The position numbers were made by a program, and so were the translations under genes. DNA of 64,000 nt from a virus: positions 122,276 to 186,275 of the IMG/VR virus record IMGVR_UViG_3300031525_000001; one strand, 5' to 3'. Below, one piece after another: positions 32,849 to 42,136 of this stretch (position 1 is its first letter; each line of letters begins with the position of its first letter). A model generated the notes under the pieces. That model searched no databases. It saw only the letters and a program-made list of their open reading frames with translations, and was not told the DNA's origin.

Positions 32849-33508
32849 ATGACCGTATCTATCTGGCGGAAGCTTGATTGCTTCCTCCGCAATCGCCCTA
32901 TCCCCACCCCCAAGACCTACGCTCGTACTGTGCCTTGGGACCCCGATTTTCTCTACGACAACCCCGACCCGTGGTACACAACGGCGTACCGGACTATTCG
33001 CCGTGGAATCAAGCACATCCGTGAGTTTCCCGAGAACACTTACTACGCCATCAAGTGGTTCATTCAGCGCGGAGCCCGAGGCTGGGCACCACGCGACACT
33101 TGGGGCCTAGACTCCTACCTCGCTGGCTGGCTGCCACAGGCTCTCCGCTACCTCAAGGAGCACAAGCACGGCGTGCCCATGGCTGCGTTCCCGGAAGGTC
33201 CCGAGTACATCGACGAGACTGGCAACTACACCGATGAGGCGTTCGCAATCGCGACTGCCCGTTGGGATGTCATCATGGAGAAGATGATCGCCGGGTTCGA
33301 GGCAAGCAACCGCCTCGACGACTGCATCTACGAGAAGGAACTCGGTCCCTACCCTAGCCGCCGTCCTGTGGGCGTAAGTCCCGAGGCATGGGCTAAGGTC
33401 AAGGACGATCACTTCGTCGCTCTGCGGGCTCTGGAAGCGCGGGATCAGGCTATTCTTGAGGAGGGGCTGGCTTTGTTCGCAAAGCATTTCCAGTCCCTCT
33501 GGGACTAA
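32849..33508 (+). CDS. hypothetical phage protein
   Basis: ORF track, 219 aa; no family recognised. Confidence 0.65.
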   Translation: MTVSIWRKLDCFLRNRPIPTPKTYARTVPWDPDFLYDNPDPWYTTAYRTIRRGIKHIREFPENTYYAIKWFIQRGARGWAPRDTWGLDSYLAGWLPQALRYLKEHKHGVPMAAFPEGPEYIDETGNYTDEAFAIATARWDVIMEKMIAGFEASNRLDDCIYEKELGPYPSRRPVGVSPEAWAKVKDDHFVALRALEARDQAILEEGLALFAKHFQSLWD

Positions 33509-33517
33509 GGGGGAGCC

Positions 33518-33718
33518 ATGGGATCAGGCAATGCACACGCTAATCGCCACGGGCATCGTCCCGACTGTATCTTCTGCTCCATGCGTCCTAAGGAAGCACG
33601 CCGCAAGAAGGTTTATCGCAACTCATGCCACGGCTCCCGTGCCTCCAAGGGCAACGCGAGCGGTATTAAAAAGAAGAACAAGAAGGGCACGGAGGTAAAG
33701 AAGAATGCTCGGGTATAG
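33518..33718 (+). CDS. small basic hypothetical protein
   Basis: GGGGGAG RBS; CxxC. Confidence 0.55.
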   Translation: MGSGNAHANRHGHRPDCIFCSMRPKEARRKKVYRNSCHGSRASKGNASGIKKKNKKGTEVKKNARV

Positions 33719-33989
33719 CAAATACTGGACAGCGGGGTTCTCGGCAGGTCAATGGCACGAGATCACCCATCGCAAACAATACGGCTGGGTGGACTTCAAC
33801 CTCATCAACATCAGGCTGGGGTACGACAACCATAGCCAAGACTGGGAGTTTGAATTCTACTTGCTGGGCCTGCGGTTCTGGCTCATGATCGCCGATCCGT
33901 GGGGCACGCACCCTACGGATGTCGAAGTGGCGTTGGAGGAATTCCTCAAGGACGAACCATGCAATCAAATCCCAAGCGACCAAAAGTGA
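33705..33989 (+). CDS. hypothetical Trp-rich protein
   Basis: ORF track; GGAGG upstream. Confidence 0.55.
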   Translation: MLGYSKYWTAGFSAGQWHEITHRKQYGWVDFNLINIRLGYDNHSQDWEFEFYLLGLRFWLMIADPWGTHPTDVEVALEEFLKDEPCNQIPSDQK

Positions 33990-34071
33990 TTCGGCGGGGG
34001 TGTCCATGTTGCGGCACCTACCACCGCGTCATCATCAACCCACAGGGAAAGAAGATGAAAGGGAAGCACTG

Positions 34072-34224
34072 ATGGTAATATTGACTGAGGAAGAAAACGA
34101 AGCCGCTATCGAGAGGCTGTTTACCCTGACTGGCAAGGCAGAGGTCACGGACGAAGAGCATGACCTCATCGAGCGCCTGACGGCGGCTATCGAGCAATTC
34201 GAAGAGAGATGGTATCCATTATGA
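34072..34224 (+). CDS. 50-aa protein resembling the N-terminal part of HigA-type antitoxins, without HTH
   Basis: ILTEEENEAAIERL...TDEEHDLIERLTAAIEQFEERWYP matches my recollection of the I.TEEE.E..L...EE..LL.LL..LIE.FE...YP pattern. Confidence 0.55.
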   Translation: MVILTEEENEAAIERLFTLTGKAEVTDEEHDLIERLTAAIEQFEERWYPL

Positions 34225-34784
34225 AGAAACGCTATCACACAATCAGCAACGCCTATGACGCTTGGTGGTTTCTCTACTACCACCCCAAGTTCCAACGGAT
34301 GATCCGTAATCCAATTACGCCAAAACGGGCGGACAAGATGGAAGCGGCGGGCTTCCTCGTCTCCCGAGATCGCAGCGGCAAATGTTATTGGTACATGCGG
34401 CACATGCCCGTACCCGCCATCACCGAGAATCTCAGCGTCCACTACGCCAAGACCGATGGTAAGCGAGTCACCAACGACCCCAAAAAGAACGTGAACGTTG
34501 AGTGCTGGCTGGAGTTTGGTTCCGTGGAGTACGGCTACATGGCGGGAGAGATCAATGCTGATTGGGACGTGAATACAGGCGAACTCAACTACCACGACTG
34601 GAAGCTGGATTGCGGCGGTAAAACCTTCGACGAAGCTCTCGTCAAGTTGGCTCGGCTCGTCCGCCATAATTACGGGGACTATAAGCCACAGGAAGGTCGC
34701 AGCGGTAAATGTGGACCGTCGCCATGCGCCGACTGCGGTAGGACCAAGGAAACTATGAAGCGACTGGGACTGGAGAAGAAATGA
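34221..34784 (+). CDS. hypothetical protein
   Basis: ATGA coupling; C-terminal CxxC. Confidence 0.65.
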   Translation: MKKRYHTISNAYDAWWFLYYHPKFQRMIRNPITPKRADKMEAAGFLVSRDRSGKCYWYMRHMPVPAITENLSVHYAKTDGKRVTNDPKKNVNVECWLEFGSVEYGYMAGEINADWDVNTGELNYHDWKLDCGGKTFDEALVKLARLVRHNYGDYKPQEGRSGKCGPSPCADCGRTKETMKRLGLEKK

Positions 34785-35020
34785 GCACATTGACTGAACT
34801 TTTCATCTGGGAATGCCCCGGCTGCGGTATTCGCGTACAGACGCTTTTCGACCTGCACGTAAACCAACGTCCCATCTGCGTTGAGTGCAACATCGAAATG
34901 GCACGTAACGACTGTTCGCATACGTTCGTCCAATTGTCGGGAGAACCCGACATCTACTGCTCCAAGTGTGGCAGCCGTCGCCCCGCTCCGGGCTCCAACG
35001 TTCAATGGTCTGTGTTGTAA
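34781..35020 (+). CDS. small zinc-ribbon protein
   Basis: CPGC, CVEC, CSH and CSKC motifs. Confidence 0.6.
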   Translation: MSTLTELFIWECPGCGIRVQTLFDLHVNQRPICVECNIEMARNDCSHTFVQLSGEPDIYCSKCGSRRPAPGSNVQWSVL

Positions 35021-35044
35021 CCTAACGTCGTGGTACAATAAAGC

Positions 35045-35194
35045 ATGAAACGACCCGCAGCCTTCATTGGTTATGCCCTTTCCGCTGTGCTGGTCTGGTG
35101 TGTGCTCTGGATGGTAGCTGTGCTGGTGCGAGCAATCTTCGCCCCGCCTCATCCTCCGAAGCACCGCGTCACGTGGTTGGTGTGGAAGAAATGA
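35045..35194 (+). CDS. small membrane peptide (49 aa)
   Basis: TGG-TACAAT 5 nt before ATG; hydrophobic core. Confidence 0.45.
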   Translation: MKRPAAFIGYALSAVLVWCVLWMVAVLVRAIFAPPHPPKHRVTWLVWKK

Positions 35195-35657
35195 GTTGCT
35201 CTCGCACACATTGCGAAGTCTGGGAAGACCTGCCCGCTGGATATCCGCACTGCCTTGCGATTTAGGCCAAGAACCCCGCTCCTTGTCCTCAATGCGGGCG
35301 ACCCCTGCGGCAGTTTGTTCGAGTGGACGGAAAGCGAATCCGAAATTTATGATCGGCTACCACTACACGTCTGCCGAAAACTACGAGAAGATCAGAACCG
35401 AAGGTTTGGCCCCGTACTGGATCAAGAAGAAAGACCTTGAGAGGAGTGGGAGAAGGAGTGCGGGCCGTTACCTAAGCCGCCCGCTGGAATGTTCAAGCGG
35501 GACTTCGAGCCCGTGATCGTCGAGACCCCTAAGCGGTCTGGCGTTGAGATTGATGAGCGAGGATTCTTTACCATCGACGGCAATCTGGTGCCCGACACAG
35601 AAGCGGGTCGCATGAGGCTCCAGTACGCGCTGATGAACCAGAACGAAGAGAGGAACC

Positions 35658-35876
35658 ATGAGAACGAAAGTATTCAAGATCGAAGTGCTGATTGTGAACC
35701 ACGACAACCTGACGATGAACGAGATCGCGGAAACTCTTGAGAACGCGAACTACCCCAACGACTGCATCAACCCTCAGGTCATGGAGATCACGTCCCGCGA
35801 AGTCGAGTGGACCGACGAACATCCTCTGAACAAACAGAGCACCCAAAAGGACGCCTACCTCAAGCTTTTCGCATAG
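35658..35876 (+). CDS. small hypothetical phage protein
   Basis: GAGG RBS; 72 aa. Confidence 0.65.
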   Translation: MRTKVFKIEVLIVNHDNLTMNEIAETLENANYPNDCINPQVMEITSREVEWTDEHPLNKQSTQKDAYLKLFA

Positions 35877-35907
35877 CACCTTCGTGCATAGCCGCATCCA
35901 ATAACTG

Positions 35908-35916
35908 TGGTATAAT
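35908..35916 (+). promoter_or_regulatory. extended -10 (TGGTATAAT), leaderless
   Basis: 7 nt before ATG 35924. Confidence 0.6.
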
Positions 35917-35923
35917 GGTCCTC

Positions 35924-36127
35924 ATGAAGCAAATCGTGGTCTTTGCTGTCTTGATTCTCTGCGGGCTGACCGTAGCCTGTAACGACGTTAAACCCAATCC
36001 CCGATTTTACAAACGAGCGGACGGGACTACCATGCTTCACGGGGAAGATGGCTGCGACTACATCCTGAAAGACAACGGCACCTTCGTCAAAGAAGACCCA
36101 AACTGCAAATCAAAGGACGTGCTATGA
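35924..36127 (+). CDS. small lipoprotein
   Basis: MKQ, hydrophobic stretch, lipobox LTVAC. Confidence 0.6.
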   Translation: MKQIVVFAVLILCGLTVACNDVKPNPRFYKRADGTTMLHGEDGCDYILKDNGTFVKEDPNCKSKDVL

Positions 36128-36381
36128 ACACATTTCTGTTTCTTCTCGACTGCGTTTGTCTCGTGATGTTAATTCGTTGCATCTACATGAGCCAGACTCG
36201 CTGGAAAGCCTTCGGGTACGCCGTTTTGGGGTTCATAATCCCAATGGTTTTGGGCGTGCTCGCCTCGCTGGTGATCGGTCATGAGTCGGCGGACAACATC
36301 GGCATCGCAATCTCCATCGCCAGCCCCATCGCTGCGGTTATCGGTGCGGGTGGGATGACTGAGACAAGGAAACCAGCATGA
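36124..36381 (+). CDS. membrane protein (3 hydrophobic segments)
   Basis: ATGA coupling; hydrophobic throughout. Confidence 0.6.
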   Translation: MNTFLFLLDCVCLVMLIRCIYMSQTRWKAFGYAVLGFIIPMVLGVLASLVIGHESADNIGIAISIASPIAAVIGAGGMTETRKPA

Positions 36382-37214
36382 GTTTCTGGAGTGTCCTCTC
36401 CAATATCCGCGAGAACCTCGAAAATAAATTCACGCAGAATGCCAGCAAAGCCGTCACTGATCCTGACGAGGGGCAGCAAGCTGAGCATGACTCTCAAAAG
36501 GGAGGCGAGGACACCAGCAGCACCGCCCGCGACGGGGCTAATGACGAAATAAAGAACCACGATCCCGCGTGGAAAGGCGTGAAAGACCTCAGCGACAAGG
36601 CTCTTGAGACCGTCCCGAAAGTGGAAGCCGCCGCAAAGTACGGTTGGCTAAAGTTCATAGGCGGAATCACCGCGCTGTTCGTGTTCATCACTGCCTACAG
36701 TGTCCGCAACGATCTTGGTGGTCCGACTCCCGAACAGATCAGGATGTACAACAACGAACGGACCATTGTCATGCAAGGTGAACAGATCAGGCAGATGGAA
36801 CAGATCATGGTCAGCACCGAGGAGTTCAACATGGCAACGGCCAATTTGTTCGCGGCACCAGCGCCCGTCATTCCAGACGAGCCTGCTCCTGCCGCAGCCG
36901 CGCTTCCTCCCCCGATAGCCGCCGTTGCAGCGCAGCCCGTGCAGGTGGTGGAAACGGATTCCAACGGAGAAGTAGAGGCGGTAACCACGACCACGGTCGG
37001 ACATGCGTATCAAAGTATTCCACGGGAAGCGCAGCGGCAAATGGAGAGCAACCCGCCGCCTAAGATCGAACACGACTACGACAAGCCGAGCACGAAAAGT
37101 TGCTACCGTGACGACTGCTTAGGCGCTATCGACAAACAGTTCGGTCAGAAAAGCGCCAGCTTTACCAGCGGTGACGGCTCGATGACGATCAACGTCAATT
37201 CACCGCGTAGGTAG
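36378..37214 (+). CDS. single-pass membrane protein
   Basis: TM GWLKFIGGITALFVFITAY; Pro/Ala linker. Confidence 0.65.
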   Translation: MSFWSVLSNIRENLENKFTQNASKAVTDPDEGQQAEHDSQKGGEDTSSTARDGANDEIKNHDPAWKGVKDLSDKALETVPKVEAAAKYGWLKFIGGITALFVFITAYSVRNDLGGPTPEQIRMYNNERTIVMQGEQIRQMEQIMVSTEEFNMATANLFAAPAPVIPDEPAPAAAALPPPIAAVAAQPVQVVETDSNGEVEAVTTTTVGHAYQSIPREAQRQMESNPPPKIEHDYDKPSTKSCYRDDCLGAIDKQFGQKSASFTSGDGSMTINVNSPRR

Positions 37215-37267
37215 CTGAAAACAGAGGCAATAAACCTCTAAAATCCTATCGATTCTCGTCTATTTTT

Positions 37268-37276
37268 GGGTATAAT
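37268..37276 (+). promoter_or_regulatory. -10 element (GGGTATAAT), leaderless
   Basis: 6 nt before ATG 37283. Confidence 0.55.
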
Positions 37277-37282
37277 AGGGGT

Positions 37283-37558
37283 ATGACGAACACGGAATTC
37301 ATCACCGCCCTCAACGTGAAATTCAACAGCATCGGCTACACCTTCCTGATCGAGCGCGAAGGCATCAAATACACACGCATCGTCCAGACCATGCGGGGCA
37401 GCAATAGCCGCAGCGTATATTGCTTCGTTGACGCCAACGGCAACATCTACAAGGCAGCGGGCTGGAAGACGCCTGCCAAGGGCGTTCGTTCGACTCTGGC
37501 GACCGTGGACATCAGCACCGTTGACCCACACGGCGCTTGGCTGTACGCGAGACGCTAA
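37283..37558 (+). CDS. conserved small phage protein
   Basis: KYTRIVQ...SVYCFVD..GNIYKAAGWKTPAKGVR, a pattern I recall from many phages. Confidence 0.7.
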   Translation: MTNTEFITALNVKFNSIGYTFLIEREGIKYTRIVQTMRGSNSRSVYCFVDANGNIYKAAGWKTPAKGVRSTLATVDISTVDPHGAWLYARR

Positions 37559-37831
37559 ATGATTCCCTGTTGCCAAGTCTGCGGAAGCAAGCGCACGGCG
37601 GACGCCAAACAACCCAATCTCTGCTACTACATGTGCTACTGGCTCCTAGAAGGCTGGCTCGGGTTTAACGCCCGCACGAACAAAGTCGCCATCAGGGATC
37701 AGCGTGCGTTCCAGTTCGTACCCGACAAACTTTCCTACCGCAAGACCATCGCCAAGGCCCGCTCACTCGGCTGGCGCGGTCGCGAGAACAAGATCGGAAC
37801 CTTTTTGACTACCGCCTCGCACCCGTGGTAA
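37559..37831 (+). CDS. hypothetical protein
   Basis: ORF track; N-terminal CxxC. Confidence 0.5.
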   Translation: MIPCCQVCGSKRTADAKQPNLCYYMCYWLLEGWLGFNARTNKVAIRDQRAFQFVPDKLSYRKTIAKARSLGWRGRENKIGTFLTTASHPW

Positions 37832-37840
37832 GATTGGTGC

Positions 37841-38044
37841 ATGAGGACTTTCACACTGAACGATACGCAGGTAGAGCAATACTCCGCTTGGCAAGAGGAA
37901 CACCGGAAGACTTGTAAGGTTGTGCCCGACTTCTCGGGCGCACATTGCAAAGTCATCTTTGTCCCGAGCGGCCTCGGCGACAGCGCCACGGTCGAGTGTT
38001 TCTGCGGCGAGAAAAAGTATCTGGACGACGGAGTGGAACTCTAA
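37841..38044 (+). CDS. small hypothetical protein
   Basis: TGG-TAAGAT 6 nt before ATG; C-terminal CFCG. Confidence 0.6.
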   Translation: MRTFTLNDTQVEQYSAWQEEHRKTCKVVPDFSGAHCKVIFVPSGLGDSATVECFCGEKKYLDDGVEL

Positions 38045-38260
38045 TGACGAAGTTGCCTAGCAAAAGGTTCTGCAACGGCGTCAGGACGATGAGCAATGAA
38101 ACCTTGCTTCGCACCTTCGCGGAGTATAGCACCAAGATGGATGCTCTCGAAGAAGAGCGTATGCGATGCTGGAATCGCATGATGGAGATTCACGAGATTC
38201 AGGACGTGTTGGGCGGCAAATTCCAAATGGTGAGCATCGAAGCTCGCATGAACCGCAAGC

Positions 38261-38704
38261 TTAAAGTTTCTTAGCCATCGTCAGCGCGTGGTAGTGGAGT
38301 TTGTAGTAGTGGCGACGGAATGCGGTCACCCGGTAGCCTAGCTTGAAGTACAACACCTGCGCCGGGTTCTCGATACTGACCTCCAGTTTGATCTCCGCAA
38401 GGCCGCGCTTCTTAGCTGCCGCCTCGTACATGCCAATGAGCTTGGTCGCTATCCCCTTCCCGCGTGCCTTGGGGGAAACATCCACGGTGTCGATGTAGCC
38501 TTTGCCGAATTCTTTATCCGCCAGCAGGAAGCCCAGAATCTTGCCGTTTTCTTCGGCGACCCAGACGTTGTTCTTTTTGGCAGCTTTGAGGAGGGAGTTG
38601 TTGAAGGTCGTTTGACTCCAGAGAAAGGGTGCTTCAAAGCACCCCTTCTCGATTTCGTACAGGGCGGGGAGTTCTTCGGCGTCGAGGCTATTGCGAAAGG
38701 TCAT
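38261..38704 (-). CDS. GNAT acetyltransferase, RimI-like
   Basis: GYIDTVDVSPKARGKGIA, LEVSIENPAQVLYFKLGY, RRHYY. Confidence 0.85.
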   Translation of the reverse strand: MTFRNSLDAEELPALYEIEKGCFEAPFLWSQTTFNNSLLKAAKKNNVWVAEENGKILGFLLADKEFGKGYIDTVDVSPKARGKGIATKLIGMYEAAAKKRGLAEIKLEVSIENPAQVLYFKLGYRVTAFRRHYYKLHYHALTMAKKL

Positions 38705-38727
38705 CTAGCCTCAGTGTATCACAGCAG

Positions 38728-39990
38728 TTAGTCGAGGAAAATTGGCGTTGCCATTGTCTTCGAGTTGAACTTCTTGTTGATGAGGAAGAACGCCTGTGTG
38801 GGCTTCTCGAACGCTGCGCCGATGGTGTTAGCAAAGGCGTTGTAGCCGATCAAGCTGCCGTTTGTGACGAACGTTCCGCTATCAATGTACTGGTGAAAGT
38901 GACCGAACAAATCGAGGTTTGGAGTTCTCGGGTTGTTGATGTTCCAGTTGGCGATCTTCTTGTTGACAGGAATCGTGATGCCGCCAACGCCGCCGCCGTA
39001 ACCGATGGCGTGGCCGTGGTGAGTACGAAGCTTGAAGGCTCCATTGAACAGGTCGTGCGTGCTGTGGTAACCGTCAGCAATGCACCACTCGACGCGCTTG
39101 CCGTACTTCGAGTCGCCGTCAAAGATCATCTTCATTTCGCGGTACATCAACCGCTCCCACGAGTTTGAAGGCTCAGTCTTCTGGCGCTGTTTCGGTGTGC
39201 TGCGACCGTGGTTGCCCGTGTGACAGGCGACCTTGAGGACCGTGTTCTTGCTGAGGTTGTCAAGGGCGAACTTCATGCCGCTGACAAGGCGCTCCTGCAC
39301 CCACCAGATCGCATCGCCCGGACCAAGCTGATTGCTTTCAGCCACGTCGGGGTGAATGGTGTTGGTGATGAAATCGCCCAGCAGAGCCAGAAAGACGACG
39401 GGAATGTTGGTGTCCTTCTGCATGATGTCCGTCAGGCGCATCATGTTCTGCCAGTACATCTCAATGCGGTGATGCGCGGTATTCAGATCGAAGTAGTTGC
39501 GACCTTCGACATCGGCGTAATCGACCTTTTCTTCGATGTGCCAATCGCTTGCCGCCCACACTGCGACTGATTCGCTGGTGCCAGTAACAACCTTCGGCAG
39601 GATGCTGAGATGCTGCGGTGTTTTGGTGCGGAGGTCCTGCAATACCGACAGGGTTTCCTCGGCGCGTTCGGCGCGGTGAATAGCCGCTTCGTATTTGGCT
39701 TTCAGATTGGTCTTGCGGTCGCGGACTTTCTCGATCTCAAGTTCGACCTGTTTGTCGGGTGACGGCTTGGCGATCTTGGAGACTACTTTTGCTTCGGCGA
39801 GAAAGGCTTGGAAGGTCGGCCAGTAAATGTTCCAGCCGTCCTTGAACTCACTCTTGTTACGGAAAAAATCACGTGTGAGTTCGTCTGTTTGAGTTGCTAG
39901 GCGCTGGGCTTCAGCGATGAGGGTTTGCTTTGAGACTTTCTTCGAATCTTTTTTCTTAGCCAAGAACATTTCCTCCGAGAAGAGACTCAT
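38728..39990 (-). CDS. calcineurin-like metallophosphoesterase with N-terminal coiled coil
   Basis: ASDWH, LGD, GNHGR, HHGH and GHFH motifs. Confidence 0.8.
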   Translation of the reverse strand: MSLFSEEMFLAKKKDSKKVSKQTLIAEAQRLATQTDELTRDFFRNKSEFKDGWNIYWPTFQAFLAEAKVVSKIAKPSPDKQVELEIEKVRDRKTNLKAKYEAAIHRAERAEETLSVLQDLRTKTPQHLSILPKVVTGTSESVAVWAASDWHIEEKVDYADVEGRNYFDLNTAHHRIEMYWQNMMRLTDIMQKDTNIPVVFLALLGDFITNTIHPDVAESNQLGPGDAIWWVQERLVSGMKFALDNLSKNTVLKVACHTGNHGRSTPKQRQKTEPSNSWERLMYREMKMIFDGDSKYGKRVEWCIADGYHSTHDLFNGAFKLRTHHGHAIGYGGGVGGITIPVNKKIANWNINNPRTPNLDLFGHFHQYIDSGTFVTNGSLIGYNAFANTIGAAFEKPTQAFFLINKKFNSKTMATPIFLD

Positions 39991-40200
39991 CTAAGCAACA
40001 CGTAGTTGCAAAAATGGTGCGCCAGCGTAGGGACAGCGTAGAGCCAGTGCGGAGCCACTTGTAAATGATAGCGCCGATGCCGATGGGGGCGAGCTGGCCT
40101 GCCGTGTTTTGAGTGCAGTCTCCCACATTTTTGTAATACCCAAGTTCCGTCACAATCTATGCGGAAAAAATTTCTGATAACCAATGCCAGCCTAAACTCC

Positions 40201-40226
40201 CCGCTTTCGGTATCTTCTATGAGGGG
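40201..40226 (+). promoter_or_regulatory. phage promoter-like motif (CCGCTTTCGGTATCTTCTAT)
   Basis: Recurring motif upstream of the polyprotein cluster. Confidence 0.5.
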
Positions 40227-40243
40227 ATGCTGCTGGACCGAAC

Positions 40244-42130
40244 GTGTTACCCAGAGACCCCCAAAACCACAGAAAACAGGGCATTTTCGTGAAAATCGTC
40301 ATCGCCGACAAGCTGCCACAGGAACACTCTACCGAATTTCGGGGTCTCCCTGTTATAATTGAGTGGCCGAAGGGAAGCACCCGCGTCGGTAAGAAACCTG
40401 ACGGTACGTCGTTCAAAACAGAGATGAAAGTCGATTACGGCTACATCCCCGACACGACGGCAACCGGGGATAAGGAGAATCTCGACATCTACAGGGGTCC
40501 CAACGAAGATGCCGAATATGCCTACATTGTTGAGCAAAACACACCTGATGGAGAGTTCGACGAGTACAAAGTGATGCTGGGGTTCGACACACTAGAGGAA
40601 GCTGAAAAGGCGTACATTGGGCAAGCGGGCGAAGAACTGCTGGGCGACATCTCCGAGGTCGATTTCGAGTACCTGTTCGACACGGTGAAGGCGAAACAGA
40701 AGGACGCCGCCGCCAAGAAGCAGGCTGCAAACGAAGACCTTCAGTGGCGGATCACGGGCGATTCGACAATGTTCGATATCAACGGTCTAGACGCGAGCGG
40801 GGAGCGGCAGGGTGGTGCAAGCGTATACCGCACCCGATACAAAGGCGAGCCCGCCTATCGCCTAAAGTTCATCAGCGCACCGGAGCGTCGGAAAACCGGG
40901 CTGGGGCAGGAGATTTATGATCGGGCAATCGCCGAGGTAAAGCGCCGAGGAGCGAAGTATTTCCTGTCGGATGACCAACGCGACCCCGCTACCGCTGAGC
41001 CAGCGTGGGACCGACTCAAGAAACGGTATCCGGTCACGCATGATGAAAAGCAGAACCGTTATGTGATCGCTCTGACAGCGGCCGGTGAGAAGTACACGGT
41101 CATCGAAGCCTTTTTGAAGAACTACAAGCACGAGGTGGACTTCTACGATGAAGTCGCGCACCTCGTACAGGACAAATTGGATCAGGCTCTTCAGGATGCG
41201 GGGATCAAGGCGGTGGTTAGCTCCCGTGCGAAGACCCCAGATCGGCTGGGGAAAAAGCTGTACAAGCGAAATCAAAAGAGGAACTATAAGACGTTCCGCG
41301 ATATTGACGACGACATCATCGATTTAGCTGGCTGCCGTGTGGCGCTTTACATGCCAGCCGACCGCGATGCGGTTGGACAGATCATTGAAAAGTTATTCGT
41401 CCCCGTGCGACCCCCAAAGAGCTTCCCCGAAGCCAGCAAGCCCGAGGAAGGCGATACGCTGGGCTACACGGCAACCCACTATCTGGTGCGCCTGCGCCCC
41501 GAGACGCTCCGCAAGAAGGAGCTTCGGTACGCCGACACGCAGATCGAGATTCAGGTAGCATCCGTCCTGATGCACGCATGGGCCGAGGTCACGCACGACC
41601 TGCTTTACAAGCCCACAAAGGGCGGATTGACGCCCGAAGAGCACGAAACTCTGAGCAACCTGAATAAGTTAGTGCAGGAAGGGGAACGGGAGCTTGAAAA
41701 GCTTCAGTTCGCCATCGAAGGTCGCACGGATGAAAGCCTTCGGTTTGAAATTGCAGCAGCTTTGGCAACGAGTCTCAAAGCCCGGTCGATGGGAAAGACT
41801 GCCTCCCTGACCGTAGGCGACATTGAGACGGCTGTCAGAGCTATTGTTGGAAGCAAGACATCCCTGTGGTCGATTTACATGAAAGCCACGGAGACGCTCA
41901 GGAAAGCGCGTTGGGAAAAGCCCGACGATGAGAAGTACCGCAAAGCATGGGAAGCTGCTGGGTATCACAAGCCCGAGGAATCGCCCGCGAGTGAGACGCA
42001 TTACATTCGTGAGGCCATGGAGAGACTTGCTCCGGGTAAACCAGTCAGCACGCTGTGGGTTCTGCCAAACCGCAGTGAGGTTATAGCTCTTGCTCAACAG
42101 TTGAAAGCCGAGGCAACAAAGGAAAAATAA
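40244..42130 (+). CDS. polyprotein: inorganic pyrophosphatase-like + GNAT + RelA/SpoT-like synthetase + small C-terminal module
   Basis: PPase IEWPKGS..VDYGYIPDT..GDKENLDIY..DEYKV; GNAT RRKTGLG; RelA/SpoT RAK, DLAGCR, GYxATHY, EIQ..MHAWAEVTH. Junctions KQAA 40718, LTAA 41072, KTAS 41795. Start may be GTG 40289. Confidence 0.85.
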   Translation: MLPRDPQNHRKQGIFVKIVIADKLPQEHSTEFRGLPVIIEWPKGSTRVGKKPDGTSFKTEMKVDYGYIPDTTATGDKENLDIYRGPNEDAEYAYIVEQNTPDGEFDEYKVMLGFDTLEEAEKAYIGQAGEELLGDISEVDFEYLFDTVKAKQKDAAAKKQAANEDLQWRITGDSTMFDINGLDASGERQGGASVYRTRYKGEPAYRLKFISAPERRKTGLGQEIYDRAIAEVKRRGAKYFLSDDQRDPATAEPAWDRLKKRYPVTHDEKQNRYVIALTAAGEKYTVIEAFLKNYKHEVDFYDEVAHLVQDKLDQALQDAGIKAVVSSRAKTPDRLGKKLYKRNQKRNYKTFRDIDDDIIDLAGCRVALYMPADRDAVGQIIEKLFVPVRPPKSFPEASKPEEGDTLGYTATHYLVRLRPETLRKKELRYADTQIEIQVASVLMHAWAEVTHDLLYKPTKGGLTPEEHETLSNLNKLVQEGERELEKLQFAIEGRTDESLRFEIAAALATSLKARSMGKTASLTVGDIETAVRAIVGSKTSLWSIYMKATETLRKARWEKPDDEKYRKAWEAAGYHKPEESPASETHYIREAMERLAPGKPVSTLWVLPNRSEVIALAQQLKAEATKEK

Positions 42131-42136
42131 GTCATC

